From Mobula hypostoma (lineage: Eukaryota): DNA of 64,000 nucleotides. The notes beneath the pieces are model-generated. The model did not search any database. It was not told the DNA's origin and saw only the letters and a program-made list of their open reading frames with translations. The position numbers were made by a program, and so were the translations under genes. The stretch is taken from positions 29,204,001 through 29,268,000 of the forward strand of contig NC_086109.1 in the NCBI RefSeq assembly GCF_963921235.1. Direction: 5' to 3'. Numbering within the stretch: position 1 is the first letter of the stretch; each line of letters begins with the position of its first letter. Below, one piece after another: positions 25,866-38,664 of this stretch.

Positions 25866-27186
25866 TGAATGAATAATTAACTTTGTTTTGAGAGAAAAAA
25901 AATCAAAAAATGCTTCCTAAAACAATGCTCAATTAAAAGGCAACTTTCAGATAGAAATTAATCACATTTGAAGAAAAAATAACAGAGGAAAAAGATGAGC
26001 ACGAACAAATGAGACACCTTTTAAGACCTAGCACAGATTCTGTTGACGGAACAATCCTTCTGTTCTCTAAATTACAAGATTCTGAGTTACATCTTGCTTG
26101 TATTTTCAAATAGTGTTTTAAAAAGTGTTTGGGGATATCACTTTATAATATTACAAGGTAGATGGAATTTGGTAATGTAATAGGTACTCACCCACTGCAT
26201 ACCACAACTGGGAGTAGCTACCTTGCATAACAAAGGAATGCTCCTTGCATTGCTCTTGTCATCCCTGTGTCTAATGGTGAGTTCTAGTGATTACTCAAGC
26301 AAGCTATGAATCATCATTGTTCTCCTGGAGGAGAAAATGAAGCACCTTGATAGATTTGAATTTCACATTCCCTGGCACATGCAGCAACTTGAAAAGTTTA
26401 TTTAGGATGCTCTTTCAACACCACATTTAATCTTCGAAGAACTAACCAAACAGTTGATTTGATACATGGTTTAATGATTTTTTTTTGGCTCTTTGCAATT
26501 TCTAGTAATCTATATAGTGATAAATCAGAAAGAGAGCTAGTTAGAAAGGCAAAGCTACAAATAATATATTTCAGTTAAGACCCTGACACAGCTTCCCATT
26601 TCAGTTCAATTGGTGATCTTGGTCATTTTAAGATGTGTATTTTCCTTGGACAAAAGTCTTAATTGCGTAATTTAAATCTTCTATTTAAAGCTTATCCTCA
26701 CCAAGAAAATCTGTGTAATTTTTGTTTCCTTAAAGGCATTTTTAGTCATAAATATAAGTGATGTTAATAATTGCAACACGCCCAGCAGTGTATGCTATTC
26801 ACACACATAAGTAATGAATAAATGAGACTCAAAGAAGAAATATATCTCTGTGTACTCTGAATTTCCGCCTTCCCTAATTATTTGCACTAATATTAGCTCA
26901 GCTGTACCCATTTATATTTTAATGAGATAGGGAATGTGTTGGGTGTAACTTGGCATGAACAAAAATGGTGACACACCACTTGACTGTATCGAAACTGCAT
27001 AGCTCAGGTTAATGCAGATAGACGTTCAAACACACCTTATGCTAATCCCTCCCCTCTGGGAAGGAACTCCGAATGACGCACAAAAACTTTCAACACGGTA
27101 CAAACTGTTCTCAGTTTTAGGAGGGGTAAAATCCGGCATCACCTAATCCCAGCAGGCAATCTGTTGAAAGGAGATTGAGGGATAAA

Positions 27187-27672
27187 TACCACTCAGTGAC
27201 CATTATATGAGGTAAACCTGTACAGCTGCTTGTTAATGCAAGCACCTAATCAGGTGGTAGCAGCTCAAAACATGAAAGCATGAAGACATGGTCAAGAGGT
27301 TCATTTAATTATTCAGACCAAAATCAGAATGGGGAAGAAATATGATCTCCTGGGACTTCCTAAAACAAAACAGTTTCTAGAGAATGGAGCAAGATACAAA
27401 AAAACATTCAGTGAGCAGCATTTCGTGGGCACAAAAAAACCTTGTAAATGTGAGAGTTCAAAGAATAGACAGACTAGTTCAAACTGACAGGAAGGCATCA
27501 GTAATTTAAGTAATCACGCGTAATAATGGTGGTGTGTAGAAGAGCGTCTCTGAACACTCAACACGTCAAACCTTGAAATGGATAGGCTGTAACAGCAGAA
27601 GACTATGAACATACGTTCAGTGGCCATTGTATTAGGTAGCTCCTATGCTTAATAGAGAGACCACTAAGTGTA
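27187..27672. mobile_element. Tc1/mariner-derived MITE, both TIRs
   Basis: cactcagtgaccattatatgagg ... cttaatagagagaccactaagtg-ta; internal Tc1 transposase 5' remnant. Confidence 0.75.
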
Positions 27673-27826
27673 CATTCAGTAGTGAAATTAATTGGCAAAA
27701 TTACATTAAAGACAGAATAAAAATAAATGCCTTTTGTTTGTTCAGGGACTATAGTTTTAGCCACAGTATTTTGCTGCTCTGTGGTTATTTTTTAAATAAA
27801 CAGTCTGTTTTATCGCACAGACTCAC

Positions 27827-27872
27827 CAGTGCAGACATTCTGCTTAATTGGGCTGCAACTCCGCCGACTGGT
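27827..27872 (-). other. candidate 46-nt exon
   Basis: CTAAAC branch-like site, ATATTTTAACAG acceptor and CTG|GTGAGT donor in unique CpG-retaining sequence; two frames open. Confidence 0.25.
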
Positions 27873-29575
27873 CTGTTAAAATATGTTTAGTGACTCCTCG
27901 GCTGCTGCCAAGGGGTTGGCTGAGGACACAGGAACAGGAATTGTAATCAACTTAAATGACAGAAATATGCCAACCAGCTTGTTCTTCGCAATTCCACGGA
28001 GAAGGAGTTAAAGGAGCTTTAATTGTTGCAAGTCAAATCTCTCTCAGTTCTCAGAACAGTACTATGTGCAAATGATGGGCAACATGATGGATTATGTGTT
28101 AGTTGACATATCTCTGTCATTGAAATGTGATCACAACACACCGATCCATCTGTGGGAGTTACACAGTCCTTGAAAATGGTATTAACATAAGCAAGACCCA
28201 TCACCATTGATGATTTTGGCCATTCCAACTTCTATCAAAAATCAGAAGAAGGTGGGATATCTAGGTCTCAGTGTGCATAGATGTTAAAGAATTTATATGA
28301 ATATCACTAGCAATATAAACTGTAATCTGACTAAATGTACGTTTGCAGAACCATTTATAACCTAGTATATTATGAGTAGCATTTACTTTTTATAATCACA
28401 CAGCTCAAAATAAATAAATGTAGCTTTGGAAATATATGTATACATGGTTGTATTCTTCAAATCATTCAGATTAAACTTCTTTTCATGCTTGCATATCTGT
28501 ACGTTGAATTGAGCCAACATACAAGACAATAATGAGCTGGAATTAGTCCAGCTTCCCCATGGCTTGCGTGTATGTTTTTATTTTGCATAAAATAAAATCT
28601 ACTGACTCATCTTGTTCACGAACTTTGACCACCCAACCTTCACCCACGGGCTGATTTCGTAAGGTGTCATTTAAAATGTTTTATCACTTCCTTCCTGTAA
28701 AGAAAGATAAGAACATTTATGTGTTATAAATATGGATGTGCCCAGCTTTACCTGGCTTCTCCCTCTCAAGGGATTTTAGCAGTGTGCGTGCCCACATTTA
28801 TGTGGTCTATGGAATCACAACTTGATCCTGTATTAGCTAAAGGCTGACAACAAGAACATCAATGACAAGGCATGGTCAGAAGGCAGTGCAAAAGTTGAGG
28901 AAGTGTTGCAGGACCCACTTTGCTTTCTACCTAAAGATTTATCACTGGAGAAGCTATCACCTACAATATACAGGGGTAATACGTCAGAAGCTTGCTAAAC
29001 ATTTATCCAAGGGTGGGCATATTTAACCGTTCAAACAGAAGTGTGATGTGATGTGACGTTAGTTCCACTCCTTCATTAAACAAAATTGGAAATGAGTTCT
29101 CAATCCACTTTGTTTGCATTAAGGAAAAAATAAACAGTCATCTAGAACAGTCAGAAAACTTAAATTATGATCAAACTAGACTTTACTATTGCACATCTAA
29201 CTCTTACTAATGAACTAAATTCTTTCTATTTTCTATTCTCACTGAAGCAACTAAGCAGCTCCAGTATTTTCCAATATTTCACTCAATTTAACATGTCTGG
29301 GTCATAAGTATAGTCAGACAGCAAGAATCAAAGATGAGGTTACTCTTTCCTTGAATTGATTATATAGTTTCAGGTTTTAAACGAGAAAGTATCATGTATT
29401 ATTTTAATAAATATCTGAAACGAATTCCAAGAGAGAGGTTTCACAATTTTACAGCTAGAAGAGCAAAACAAAAACATATTCCAAATCGTCCTGCCCAGGC
29501 ATCTGCTCCCAGGTACTGTGGACACTAGTAATTTGTGGGAAATCTTTCCTCCTCATGGTCTAGGCTGTGAACTGA

Positions 29576-30650
29576 TATAGTCATAGTCATAGTCATACTT
29601 TATTGATCCCGGGGGAAATTGCTTTTTGCTACAGTTGCACCATAAATAATAAATAGAAATAAACCATAAATAGTTAAATAGTAAAAAGTAAATTATGCCA
29701 GGAAATAAGTCCAGGACCAGCCTATTGGCTCAGGGTGTCTGACCCTCCAAGGGAGGAGTTGTAAAGTTTGATGGCCACAGGCAGGAATGACTTCCTATGA
29801 CACTCTGTGTTGCATCTCGGTGGAATGAGTCTCTGGCTGAATGTACTCCTGTGTCCACCCAGTACATTATGTAGTGGATGGGAGACATTGTCCAAGATGG
29901 CATGTAACTTGGACAGCATCCTCTTTTCAGACACCACCGTGAGAGAGTCCAGTTCTATCTCCACATCACTGGCCTTACGAATGAGTTTGTTGATTCTGTT
30001 GGTGTCTGCTACCCTCAGCCTGCTGCCCCAGTACACAACAGCAAACATGATAGCACTGGCCACCACAGACTCGTAGAACATCCTTAGCATCGTCCAGTAG
30101 ATGTTAAAGGACCTCAGTCTCCTCAGGAAATAGAGACGGCTCTGACCCTTCTTGTAGACAGCCTCAGTGTTCTTTGGCCAGTCCAGTTTATTGTCAATTC
30201 GTATCCCCAGGTATTTGTAATCCTCTACCATGTCCACACTGACTCCCTGGATGGAAACAGGGGTCACCGGTACTTAGCTCTCCTCAGGTCTACCACCAGC
30301 TCCTTAGTCTTTTTCACTTTAAGCTGCAGATAATTCTGCTCACACCATGTGACAAAGTTTCCTACCGTAGCCCTGTACTCAGCCTCATCTCCCTTACTGA
30401 TCCATCCAACTATTGCAGAGTCATCAGAAAACTTCTGAAGATGACAAGACTTTGTGCAGTAGTTGAAGTCCGAGGTGTAAATGGTGAAGGGAAAGGGAGA
30501 CAAGGCAGTCCCCTGTGGAGCGCTAGTGCTGCTGATCACTCTGTCGAACACACAGTGTTGCAAGCACACGTACTGTGGTCTGCCAGTCAGGTAATCAATA
30601 ATCCATGACACCAGGGAAGCATCCACCTGCATCGCTGTCAGCTTCTCCCA
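29576..30650 (-). mobile_element. young Rex1/Babar-type LINE, 5'-truncated RT with one apparent frameshift
   Basis: ORFs 30264-30632 (SAPQGTALSPF, QKFSDDSA) and 29722-30267 (YKYLGIRID, RLYFLRRLRSF); (GACTAT)n tail. Confidence 0.92.
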
Positions 30651-32479
30651 TTCCCACCCTAGCCAACTAACTCTCTAATAAAGCTTCAAAGGACTACAAA
30701 TTCTTCAACATTGTACAGGTAAGTGGTAGAATCTAGATGGATTGAAAGGGATGAAGGAAGTGTGAATCACAGAGAATACCTGTGGACTGCGACAGACAAT
30801 GGCATTTTTTACATTATAAGGAAATGTAGAAATTGTGTTGTAAAAGATACTGCAGAGGCTCTAAGTGGGGTGCCAAGCCATTTGTGAAAGGGGCTATGAG
30901 GAGCTTGTATTGTGCATATTGTCCTTAGGTTCCCAATTGTTCAACCTGCCTTCCAAAGCCTTGCATGGACATTTGCATGGTAAGTCTTGAAGACTGAAGT
31001 GGCCAGAAAATGGCATGCAGGTCAGCGATGTGGGGTAGGTCTGCCCTGGAACAAGGCTAAGTGGACCAGCCTGGTTGGATAGTGGATGAGTATAGTAGGA
31101 AGGTGGGGGATCCCAGGTCGAGTGGGGAGAAAGATGGAGGACCATGGGTACTGAGAGTACATTCAGAGCTGAACAGCCAATAACATCTGTGAGCTTTCTC
31201 GTTGCCTTAAGTCTCTCCTTGGTCAGGTTGCGAAAGTAGCATCATACTGTCTGGGGCTCCCTATGATATGTTCTCCCAAGTCAGCCTGGCTCAAATTCCC
31301 TTTAAATAAGGAATGACAGCATCCATACAGCCTAAAATTGGACGACACATCAGAATCACAAGGCCGATGTCCATTCAGATTTCAGAATCACCATGATTTG
31401 ACCAAGAAATGAAAAGCAACCACTATTTACCCTAGTAAAAATTAATACTCATTTGCACAGTGCTAGGCAGATATTGCTGGCCAATTGTTCTACACTGATT
31501 CTCAGGTTTGGAGCATTGCTCGCTGAACAGCTTTAATTTTATTGGTCGCCTGTCTTCCGCCTCCTCCTTCTAAGGGCACTTTGTCCTGTTCTGTATGCTG
31601 TCTGCTAATTCTCCTAGTCATGTTCTATCCCAAGGGGAATACGCACTTGAGCATGCATGTCTGCTATCAATTGGTTTCAACAGAGGCTTTGAAGCCATCA
31701 AAAAGAACACCAGCACCTGCTACACTATTCCCTACGGACTTTTGCTGCTTAAATCAATTCTAGAAAACAGTGAACGTACATTAAATTGCAGCAGTCAAAA
31801 GAAATCAAATATTGAAAACATTGGACCGCAAACTGCAAATCTTGGAAACTTGGATGAATGGTCTCCGATCTGAAATGTTAACTTTTTTTCTGTTTCACCA
31901 GATGCTGCCTGATCTGCTGAGTGTTTCCAGAATTTTTTGTATGAATGGATGATCCTTTTACATAACAGCCGTGGTGAGTGGTGAGTGAAATTTTTGTTTC
32001 ATGAGGAATAGGTCGGATGAAATAAGTTTTGGATAGATCTGGCAAGGAAATTGGAGAAATGTAAGAAACAAATCCCATTCTTAATATCTGCAGGACCAGT
32101 AGGAAATCCATTTTTCCTGGGTTCCTGACTGGAAATTCAGGCTTGCTTCTTCCTGACTTCCTCCCATTCTTGAGGTAAGATCAAAACACCATTTTATGTC
32201 TGATCCAGAAGAGGCTGCCTGTCTTTTTAAAATCCTACAGGTTCTTCTTCTATCCTGTCTCTGCTATCCCTATCAGCCCAACAAGATAGTAATATTCCTG
32301 ACCTCTTGCTCACTTCACCACTGACAGCTACGCCTTTCATGGTAATGGTTTCTACATATTTATGACAAGGGATTTCAGTTACAAATTCTAAGATTCCACA
32401 GGATTTTGATAAACACCATTAGGAATAACGTGTACAGTTTTGAACCAGATACAAGAAAGAATATTGTCTTCAGATCAAT

Positions 32480-33145
32480 ACAGATAACTCAAGCCTTCCA
32501 GTTTACTATGTCAGTTAGCAAGGTTATGTCTGATCTGATATAAATTCAACTTCTCATTCCAGTTTAGCTGTAGTAACCTTTAACCCCTTTGCTTATGAAG
32601 AATGTATCGACCTTTTCCTCAAGAATACTCTGAGACTTTCTTTCCATTCCACTCTGAGAAAGAGATTTCTAAAGTCCTCTGAACCTTTTACCTCATCTTG
32701 GTCCCTATTGGGAAATCCCTTATCTTTAAAATGTGATCTTTTGTTCAAGATTCTCCCATAAAAGGAAGCATCCATTCCCACATCCATTATATCAAGGATC
32801 CTCAGGGTGTGATAGATTTCAATGACTGGATTAAAAACTGTCCTGTGAAGAGAGGTTGAGGAAGACTGGTCCACACCCACTAGAATTCAGAGGAAGGGTG
32901 AAATACGATGTTATGAAAAGCTTTGACCAGCTGCTTCACCAAGCAAGGAAACCTAGAACTTGTAGACACCATTTCAGGATATGGGAGTCAGCTATTTATA
33001 ACCAAAATTGGGGGATTTTTCTTTACAGGCACCCTTGGAATTCTCCACAGATGCTCAGCAAGTGAATCTTTCCGACAATGTGGCCACTCGATGTGTCTCA
33101 GACAAGTGCAAAGGGACAAGTTCAGAAATGAGAATACATGGTAAA
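32480..33145. mobile_element. two old CR1 3' relics in opposite orientation
   Basis: ttctttccattccactctgagaaagagatttc (-); tagaattcagaggaagggtga (+). Confidence 0.5.
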
Positions 33146-33877
33146 GCAGATTTCACAGGCCCTAAATTTATGTGTTAAACTCCGGTATTCTATTTGCCTC
33201 CCCTTTGTCTTCTAAATTATTCCTAAACCCCGTTTCTATTGTCTCCTTATATGGCCTGGTGTCAAATTTTGTTTGCTAATCCTCCTGTAAAGTGCCTAGG
33301 GACGGCTTGCTCCATTGATTTGTTTGAACTTGCTGCCAAGTACTTGTTGTGTATTTTCTATTTACTACAGTGCATCTTTGTTGATCAACTGTTAAACTGT
33401 TTTTCTGCTTTACCAGGTGTAAGTCTACAGACAGCGTCTTCAACTGCACTCCATATGTCAGCCGTGCCTTTCCCCTGGGGCATTTCATTCTATTATCCAT
33501 ATATGGATATCCAGAGAGCTTCCCTCTGTATTTGCAGGCCTTGGGTAAGATACACAACTAACCAGCCTTAGCATTTGTTTCCATCAGTGATCTTCATAAT
33601 ACAAATAAAAGTCTATTGTTGATGCTTTAACTTTTCTATTCCATCCGCAGCTTCCCCATGAATTTCCAGCTTGTACTCCAACGTTTGACCGGTCCTCCTC
33701 TCCCTTTTGCTGGCTGCTGTCAGAGGAAAATGCAAGAGTCTTGGGATCCACATTGCAAGGATTGATTGGCGAGGACGTGGACCTATTTTAGGGGATTCTG
33801 AGTTTCATGTTGCATGTTTTTTTGGATACTGCTCTTTTTTTGTTGCTCTTTTTAAATGGTTTGAGCAATGCATACTG

Positions 33878-33955
33878 ATGGTTGGTGCAACTGTAACGAT
33901 ACCCAATTTCCCTCGGGATCAATAAAGTATGGCTGTGACTATGACTATGACTATG
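33878..33955 (+). mobile_element. very short 3' tail insert of the 29576 Rex1-type family, 8-bp TSD, inside an older LINE 3' UTR
   Basis: aatttccctcgggatcaataaagtat + (GACTAT)n; gcatactg at 33870-33877 and 33956-33963. Confidence 0.75.
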
Positions 33956-34261
33956 GCATACTGGGATACTTCGGCGAAGAGTAGCCCTGCAACCTGTAGT
34001 GGGCTAGTGTTATGGCACTGAACTGAACTAAACTGAATACTACTGAACTCCTGGTTTGACGTTTGATATTTGATGTGTTTGCTCACTTTTTGCTGTTTGC
34101 GCTATTTGTTCTTTTTTCGTACATTGGGTTTTGATATTTTCTTGACCATGTGCTATTGTGTTTCTTTGTTTTGTGGCTGCCTGTGCGAGTACAGATCTCA
34201 GAGTTATATTCTGTATGCATACTTTGATAATAAATGTAGTTTCAATCTTTAAATCTTTGAA

Positions 34262-34410
34262 ACTTCCCCTCCTCTCACCTTTTTATTCAAGCTTCTTCCC
34301 TCTTCCTTTCCAGTCCTGGTGAAGGGTCTCAGACCAAAACGTCAGCTCCTTATTCCTCTCCATAGTTGCTGCCTGACTTACTGAGTCCTTCCCACGTTTT
34401 GTGTCTGTGC
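34262..34410 (+). mobile_element. Penelope pLTR fragment
   Basis: cagtcctggtgaagggtctcagaccaaaacgtc degenerate hammerhead. Confidence 0.7.
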
Positions 34411-34648
34411 ACATACACACCTGCTAACATGACAGGTGGCATGACTCATTCAATTAGAATCATAGCATCCTGGCTCCAGTTGTCTTAAGGCATAAACTTC
34501 CTTCATGCATCCAAAAAAGTTACATTAATGGGCATGGGTACTGAAAAATGTACAGGACATTTCTGACCTGTTACTTTTCACACAGTTTCATATTATGCAG
34601 GCAATACAGTGACAATAAACTACAAAACCAACATCAAGGAGACTAAGC

Positions 34649-34740
34649 AACACACACAAAATACTGGAGGAACTCAGCAGACCAAGCAGCATAGAAAAGG
34701 GTATAGTTGACGTTTCAGGCTGAGACCCTTCATCAGGACT
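34649..34740 (-). mobile_element. 92-bp Penelope pLTR insert with 15-bp TSD
   Basis: tcaaggagactaagc (34634-34648) / tcaaggagaccaagc (34741-34755). Confidence 0.8.
34705..34740 (-). ncRNA. minimal type I hammerhead ribozyme motif
   Basis: AGUC-CUGAUGA-AGG gucucag CCU-GAAAC-GUC-AACU; core intact, one stem I mismatch. Confidence 0.7.
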
Positions 34741-34991
34741 TCAAGGAGACCAAGCTGCCCAAGAAACAAAGATTCAAAGTACATTTATTATAGAAGTACA
34801 TATGCAGTATACAACCCAGAGGTTTATCTTCCCACCTACAGCCACAAAACAAAGAAACACCATGGATCCCTTTCAAAGAAACCATCAAGGAGACTAAGCT
34901 ACCTAAGAAACAAAGATGCAAAGTACATTTATTATAGAAGTACGTATGCAGTATACAACCACCATGGATCCCGTCGAAAGAAACCATCAAG
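34741..34991. repeat. local tandem duplication including a LINE 3' tail
   Basis: tcaaggagac..aagaaacaaagat..caaagtacatttattatagaagtac..caccatggatccc..gaaaccatcaag occurs twice; second copy internally deleted. Confidence 0.8.
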
Positions 34992-36594
34992 CACCCAATG
35001 CTCAAAAAAAGAACAAATCATGCAAACGGCAAAATACAAGCAAATACACATAGAATATTAAGCATTAAACCACTAAGTCATTGAATCAGTCCAGTTCAGT
35101 TTAGCTCAGTTCAGTTCAATTTAGCACTGTCATTCTGTAACTGCAGGCCACCGAGCCAGTCCGCCTCGATCAAAATCACACAAAATAGTAATAAAAAGGG
35201 AGTAACCAGAAACACATAAAACATGAACTGCAGGGCCTCTACACAAGTCCTATTCACAAAATGTGTCGATCAAACCTTGCCCAAGACCCAAGACTCCAGC
35301 AGCAGTGAGTGAGAAGGAGATTGCCCAGCAATGAATAATACACAGCAGAAAATGCATTTAATATACTGGGATTTAAACCATGCATTTAAACCATAAAGCT
35401 TCTTTCAATTTGGTAAGATATACCATTTTGTTTCCAGTATCAAAAGGCAATTTTGAAGCCAATTCTTTTTGGAACATAAATGACCTGAATGTGATAACTT
35501 GCAGGCTTTGTCAAACAAAAAAAACATAGAATATATTTACCAAGTAAATATCGTAATTCAACTTGAATTAATTTGTTCCGGATAAACTCTCTTAACAAGA
35601 GTCTATCTGAAACTTCCTTTTAAACAAATAATGAGAGGTAATATACACTTAAGATTGAGGGTTGCCAGGGTGATTCTGACAGGTGGGAAGGATACAGTTC
35701 TTTGAACCACCTGGCCTACATCCTTCCTATTGCTTTCCCACAAAAAGGTGTGGAGAGGGAAAGTCACATAAGGTATTTGTCTTCACTTTCATTGTGTAAT
35801 TTTAAATCCACGCCTTTATGACTAGGAATTTGGCAGCTGCAAGGTGGAGAAATGCAGGCAGTTTTCAACTCAAAGTTGCAAGTTATTTGTTGTTTACTAT
35901 GCATGTATTTAATCAAATATATATCTGAAATCAGAAAGAAATTTACATTAGAAGAGTATATAAAATATGCATTTATGAAAATGTTCAACAGCTTGCCTTT
36001 GTAATTACCTGTAGGGTGTAAATAATGACTAGTTTCCTATCTGAACTGTTAATTTCCTCCAGAATGGTGTCGCAAGTGTTAAAATAGTTCTCAGCGCCCA
36101 GGGCCAGAGTGGGAAGATCTCCATTATGATTGCCATACAATAACAGAAATATGTAAGAGGTGGGTGTTAGAAGGGGATAAGAACAGAATTAGTTGTAATA
36201 ACCACTCCCTCTCTTCTAGGTCAAGGAGCCTGTGAATACTCACTATTAAAACTCATACATAAATGATTAAAAATGAATAAAGACCAAAGAGAACACCTCC
36301 TTAAAAAGGCAGTGCTCTCAGGTACTACAGAAGACAATGATGGGAACATTCAGAAACATCAAAAAAGTACTTCCTTTTGCATGAATGTCAAACTCACATC
36401 TATGTAATTTTGCATCATAATTGTATGAGGCACTGTGTTATATGTCTTTCCTGAACTGTGTACTTCTGCATACCGTCTCTAATCTTCCATTCCACTCCAA
36501 GGTCCTTGAATTGATCATCACACATCAAAATCACCTCCTCTGCAACTTGACGAGTTGAATTTATCCAAATAAAAGCTGAGGTGTGATCAACTCA

Positions 36595-37287
36595 TTGAGG
36601 GATCAGCAGTGGAGACAGTGAGCAGCTTTAAGTTCCTGGGTGTCCACGTCTCTGAAAAGTTCCCTCAACTTTTATCCTGCGCCCAATATATTCTTGCAAT
36701 CACAGAAAAGGCATAATGGTGGCCATATTTCATTTGGAATTTGAGGAGAATTGGTGTGTCACCAAAGACACTCACAAATTTCTGCAGCTGTACCATGTAG
36801 AGCATTCTAACAGGATGCATCGCAATCTGGTATGGAGAGGCTACTGAACAGGATTGGAAAAAGCTGCAGAAAGTTGTAAACTCAGCCAACTCCATCACAG
36901 CAACTAGTTTCCTGAGCATCAAGGACAATTTTGAAAGGCATTGGCTCAAAAAGGTGGCATCCATCATTAGGGATCCCCATTACTCAGAACATGCCCTCTT
37001 CTCATTACTACCATCAAGGAGGAGGTACAGGAACCTGAAGACACACACTCAACATTTCAGGAACAGCTTCTTCCCCTCCACCATCAGATTTATGAATGAA
37101 CAATGGACCCATGAGCACAATTTCACTATTTTTTCTTCCTTTCTTTTTGCACTACTTACTTAATTTAATTTATATATATACTTTGTATTGAAATTTATAG
37201 CGTCTAATATTATGTATTGCAATGTACTACCGCCACAAAAACAAACTTCATGACACATGTCAGTGATATTAAACCTGATTCTGATTC
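36595..37287 (+). mobile_element. Rex1/Babar-type LINE 3' fragment
   Basis: SIIRDPH..ALFSLLPSRRRYRNLKTHTQHFRNSFFP; (GATTCT) tail. Confidence 0.85.
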
Positions 37288-37904
37288 AATGTTTCCCATT
37301 GTGATGAAGACCTGATGGACATCAGAAAGGAGCTCTGTTGTGGTCAACTGTTCCATAGAAACCACCCTTGCTTCCACCAGTTCACCAAGAAGACACATTT
37401 CCACATCCACATGCTGTTATGCCAAAATGGGAAATAACCATGAGGCCCAACTCTAACGCATCTGATCTCCCACCTCACTATTGAGTCTATTAGTGGTTAC
37501 GAATAGTGCAGAGGCAGAGCTGAGGCCCCATCTAATATCCCTCTGCCCCTACTCCATCCCTCCCCATCACCACCTGTTCCCAGTCTCAGAATAAGCAGCA
37601 GCACCAAGCATTTTTGATGAATCATTAACTTTCATCAAAAATATAGATTAAAGTTGTTTTTCTTTTCTTTATTTCACTTTATATTTATCTTTTCTATTAG
37701 GTTATAGTAGATTAATCTATGTTAACTAAATTTACTACTTTCATTATCTTTATATTTTAAACATTTAAATTGCTCTGCATACCAGAGGACCAGAGGCATT
37801 TATAAAAAGTGAGATTAGATTAGTATATTATCATCTATATCAATGCAATAAAATTCCTTGTTTGCATGAAGCTTCTAGAGTAAACAGTTGACATGCTTGC
37901 CGTA

Positions 37905-38135
37905 ACAGGGTGGCAATTTAGCATAGTGGTTACTGTAATGCTGTTATAAATCCTAGGTTCAATTCCACTGCTGCCTGTAAGGCGTTTGTACATTTTTCAC
38001 ATGGTCCATTGCTTTCCGCTGGGTGCTCTGGATTCCTTCCAAATTCTGAAGACATGTGGGTTACATGCATGTATTAGGCCATGGCAAGCTAGTTAAATCA
38101 AAAGGTCCTGTTACTGTGCTGTAAATCTAAAATAA
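37905..38135 (+). mobile_element. tRNA-derived V-SINE (HE1-like)
   Basis: tagcatagtgg A box, ggttcaattcc B box, ctgtaaggcgtttgtac V-domain. Confidence 0.65.
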
Positions 38136-38664
38136 AGATAAGTATTTATATCAAATACAACAATAAATTCAAAGACAAACAGAGAAGAATAATGCAATGA
38201 CTATATGCAAACTGAAGTGGTGAATGAAATAGTAAAGTGACAATAGTGGAATAACTGGGAGAGGAGGAGCACTGTATGAGAACATGGTAGCAGCATCAGG
38301 AATCTGGAGTGAAGGAGGTGAGTCTGACAGCAGTGGGGAAGAAGCTGAATATCCATGTTTTCAAGCCCTTGTATCTTCCTCCAGAAGGTAGAAGAGAGAG
38401 AGAAAGATGAGGAAAACCAGGGTGGTAGGCATCCTTGATGAAACTACAAGCCTTCCTGAAGCAATGCACAATGAAGGTGAACTAGATGGAAGGAAGTGGT
38501 GAGTCTGTGAGGGATTATGACACCATCAAAGAGTTTGTTTTACTGTTTTTCTTTGTCTGTCAAAACACAGAGGAAACTTCATGAGCTTCCGAAGCCCCTG
38601 ATAACCCTGATATTTTAGTTTTTGAAGCCGATATGAGAGTGTCCTTCAGGAAGTGAAGCCACAG

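Noticed and set aside
28019..28228. Cys-rich 69-aa ORF after a plausible acceptor
   Set aside because: No recognisable domain and no linked upstream exon; insufficient support.
29722..30632. Two adjacent ORFs as a two-gene unit
   Set aside because: They are one frameshifted Rex1-type RT.
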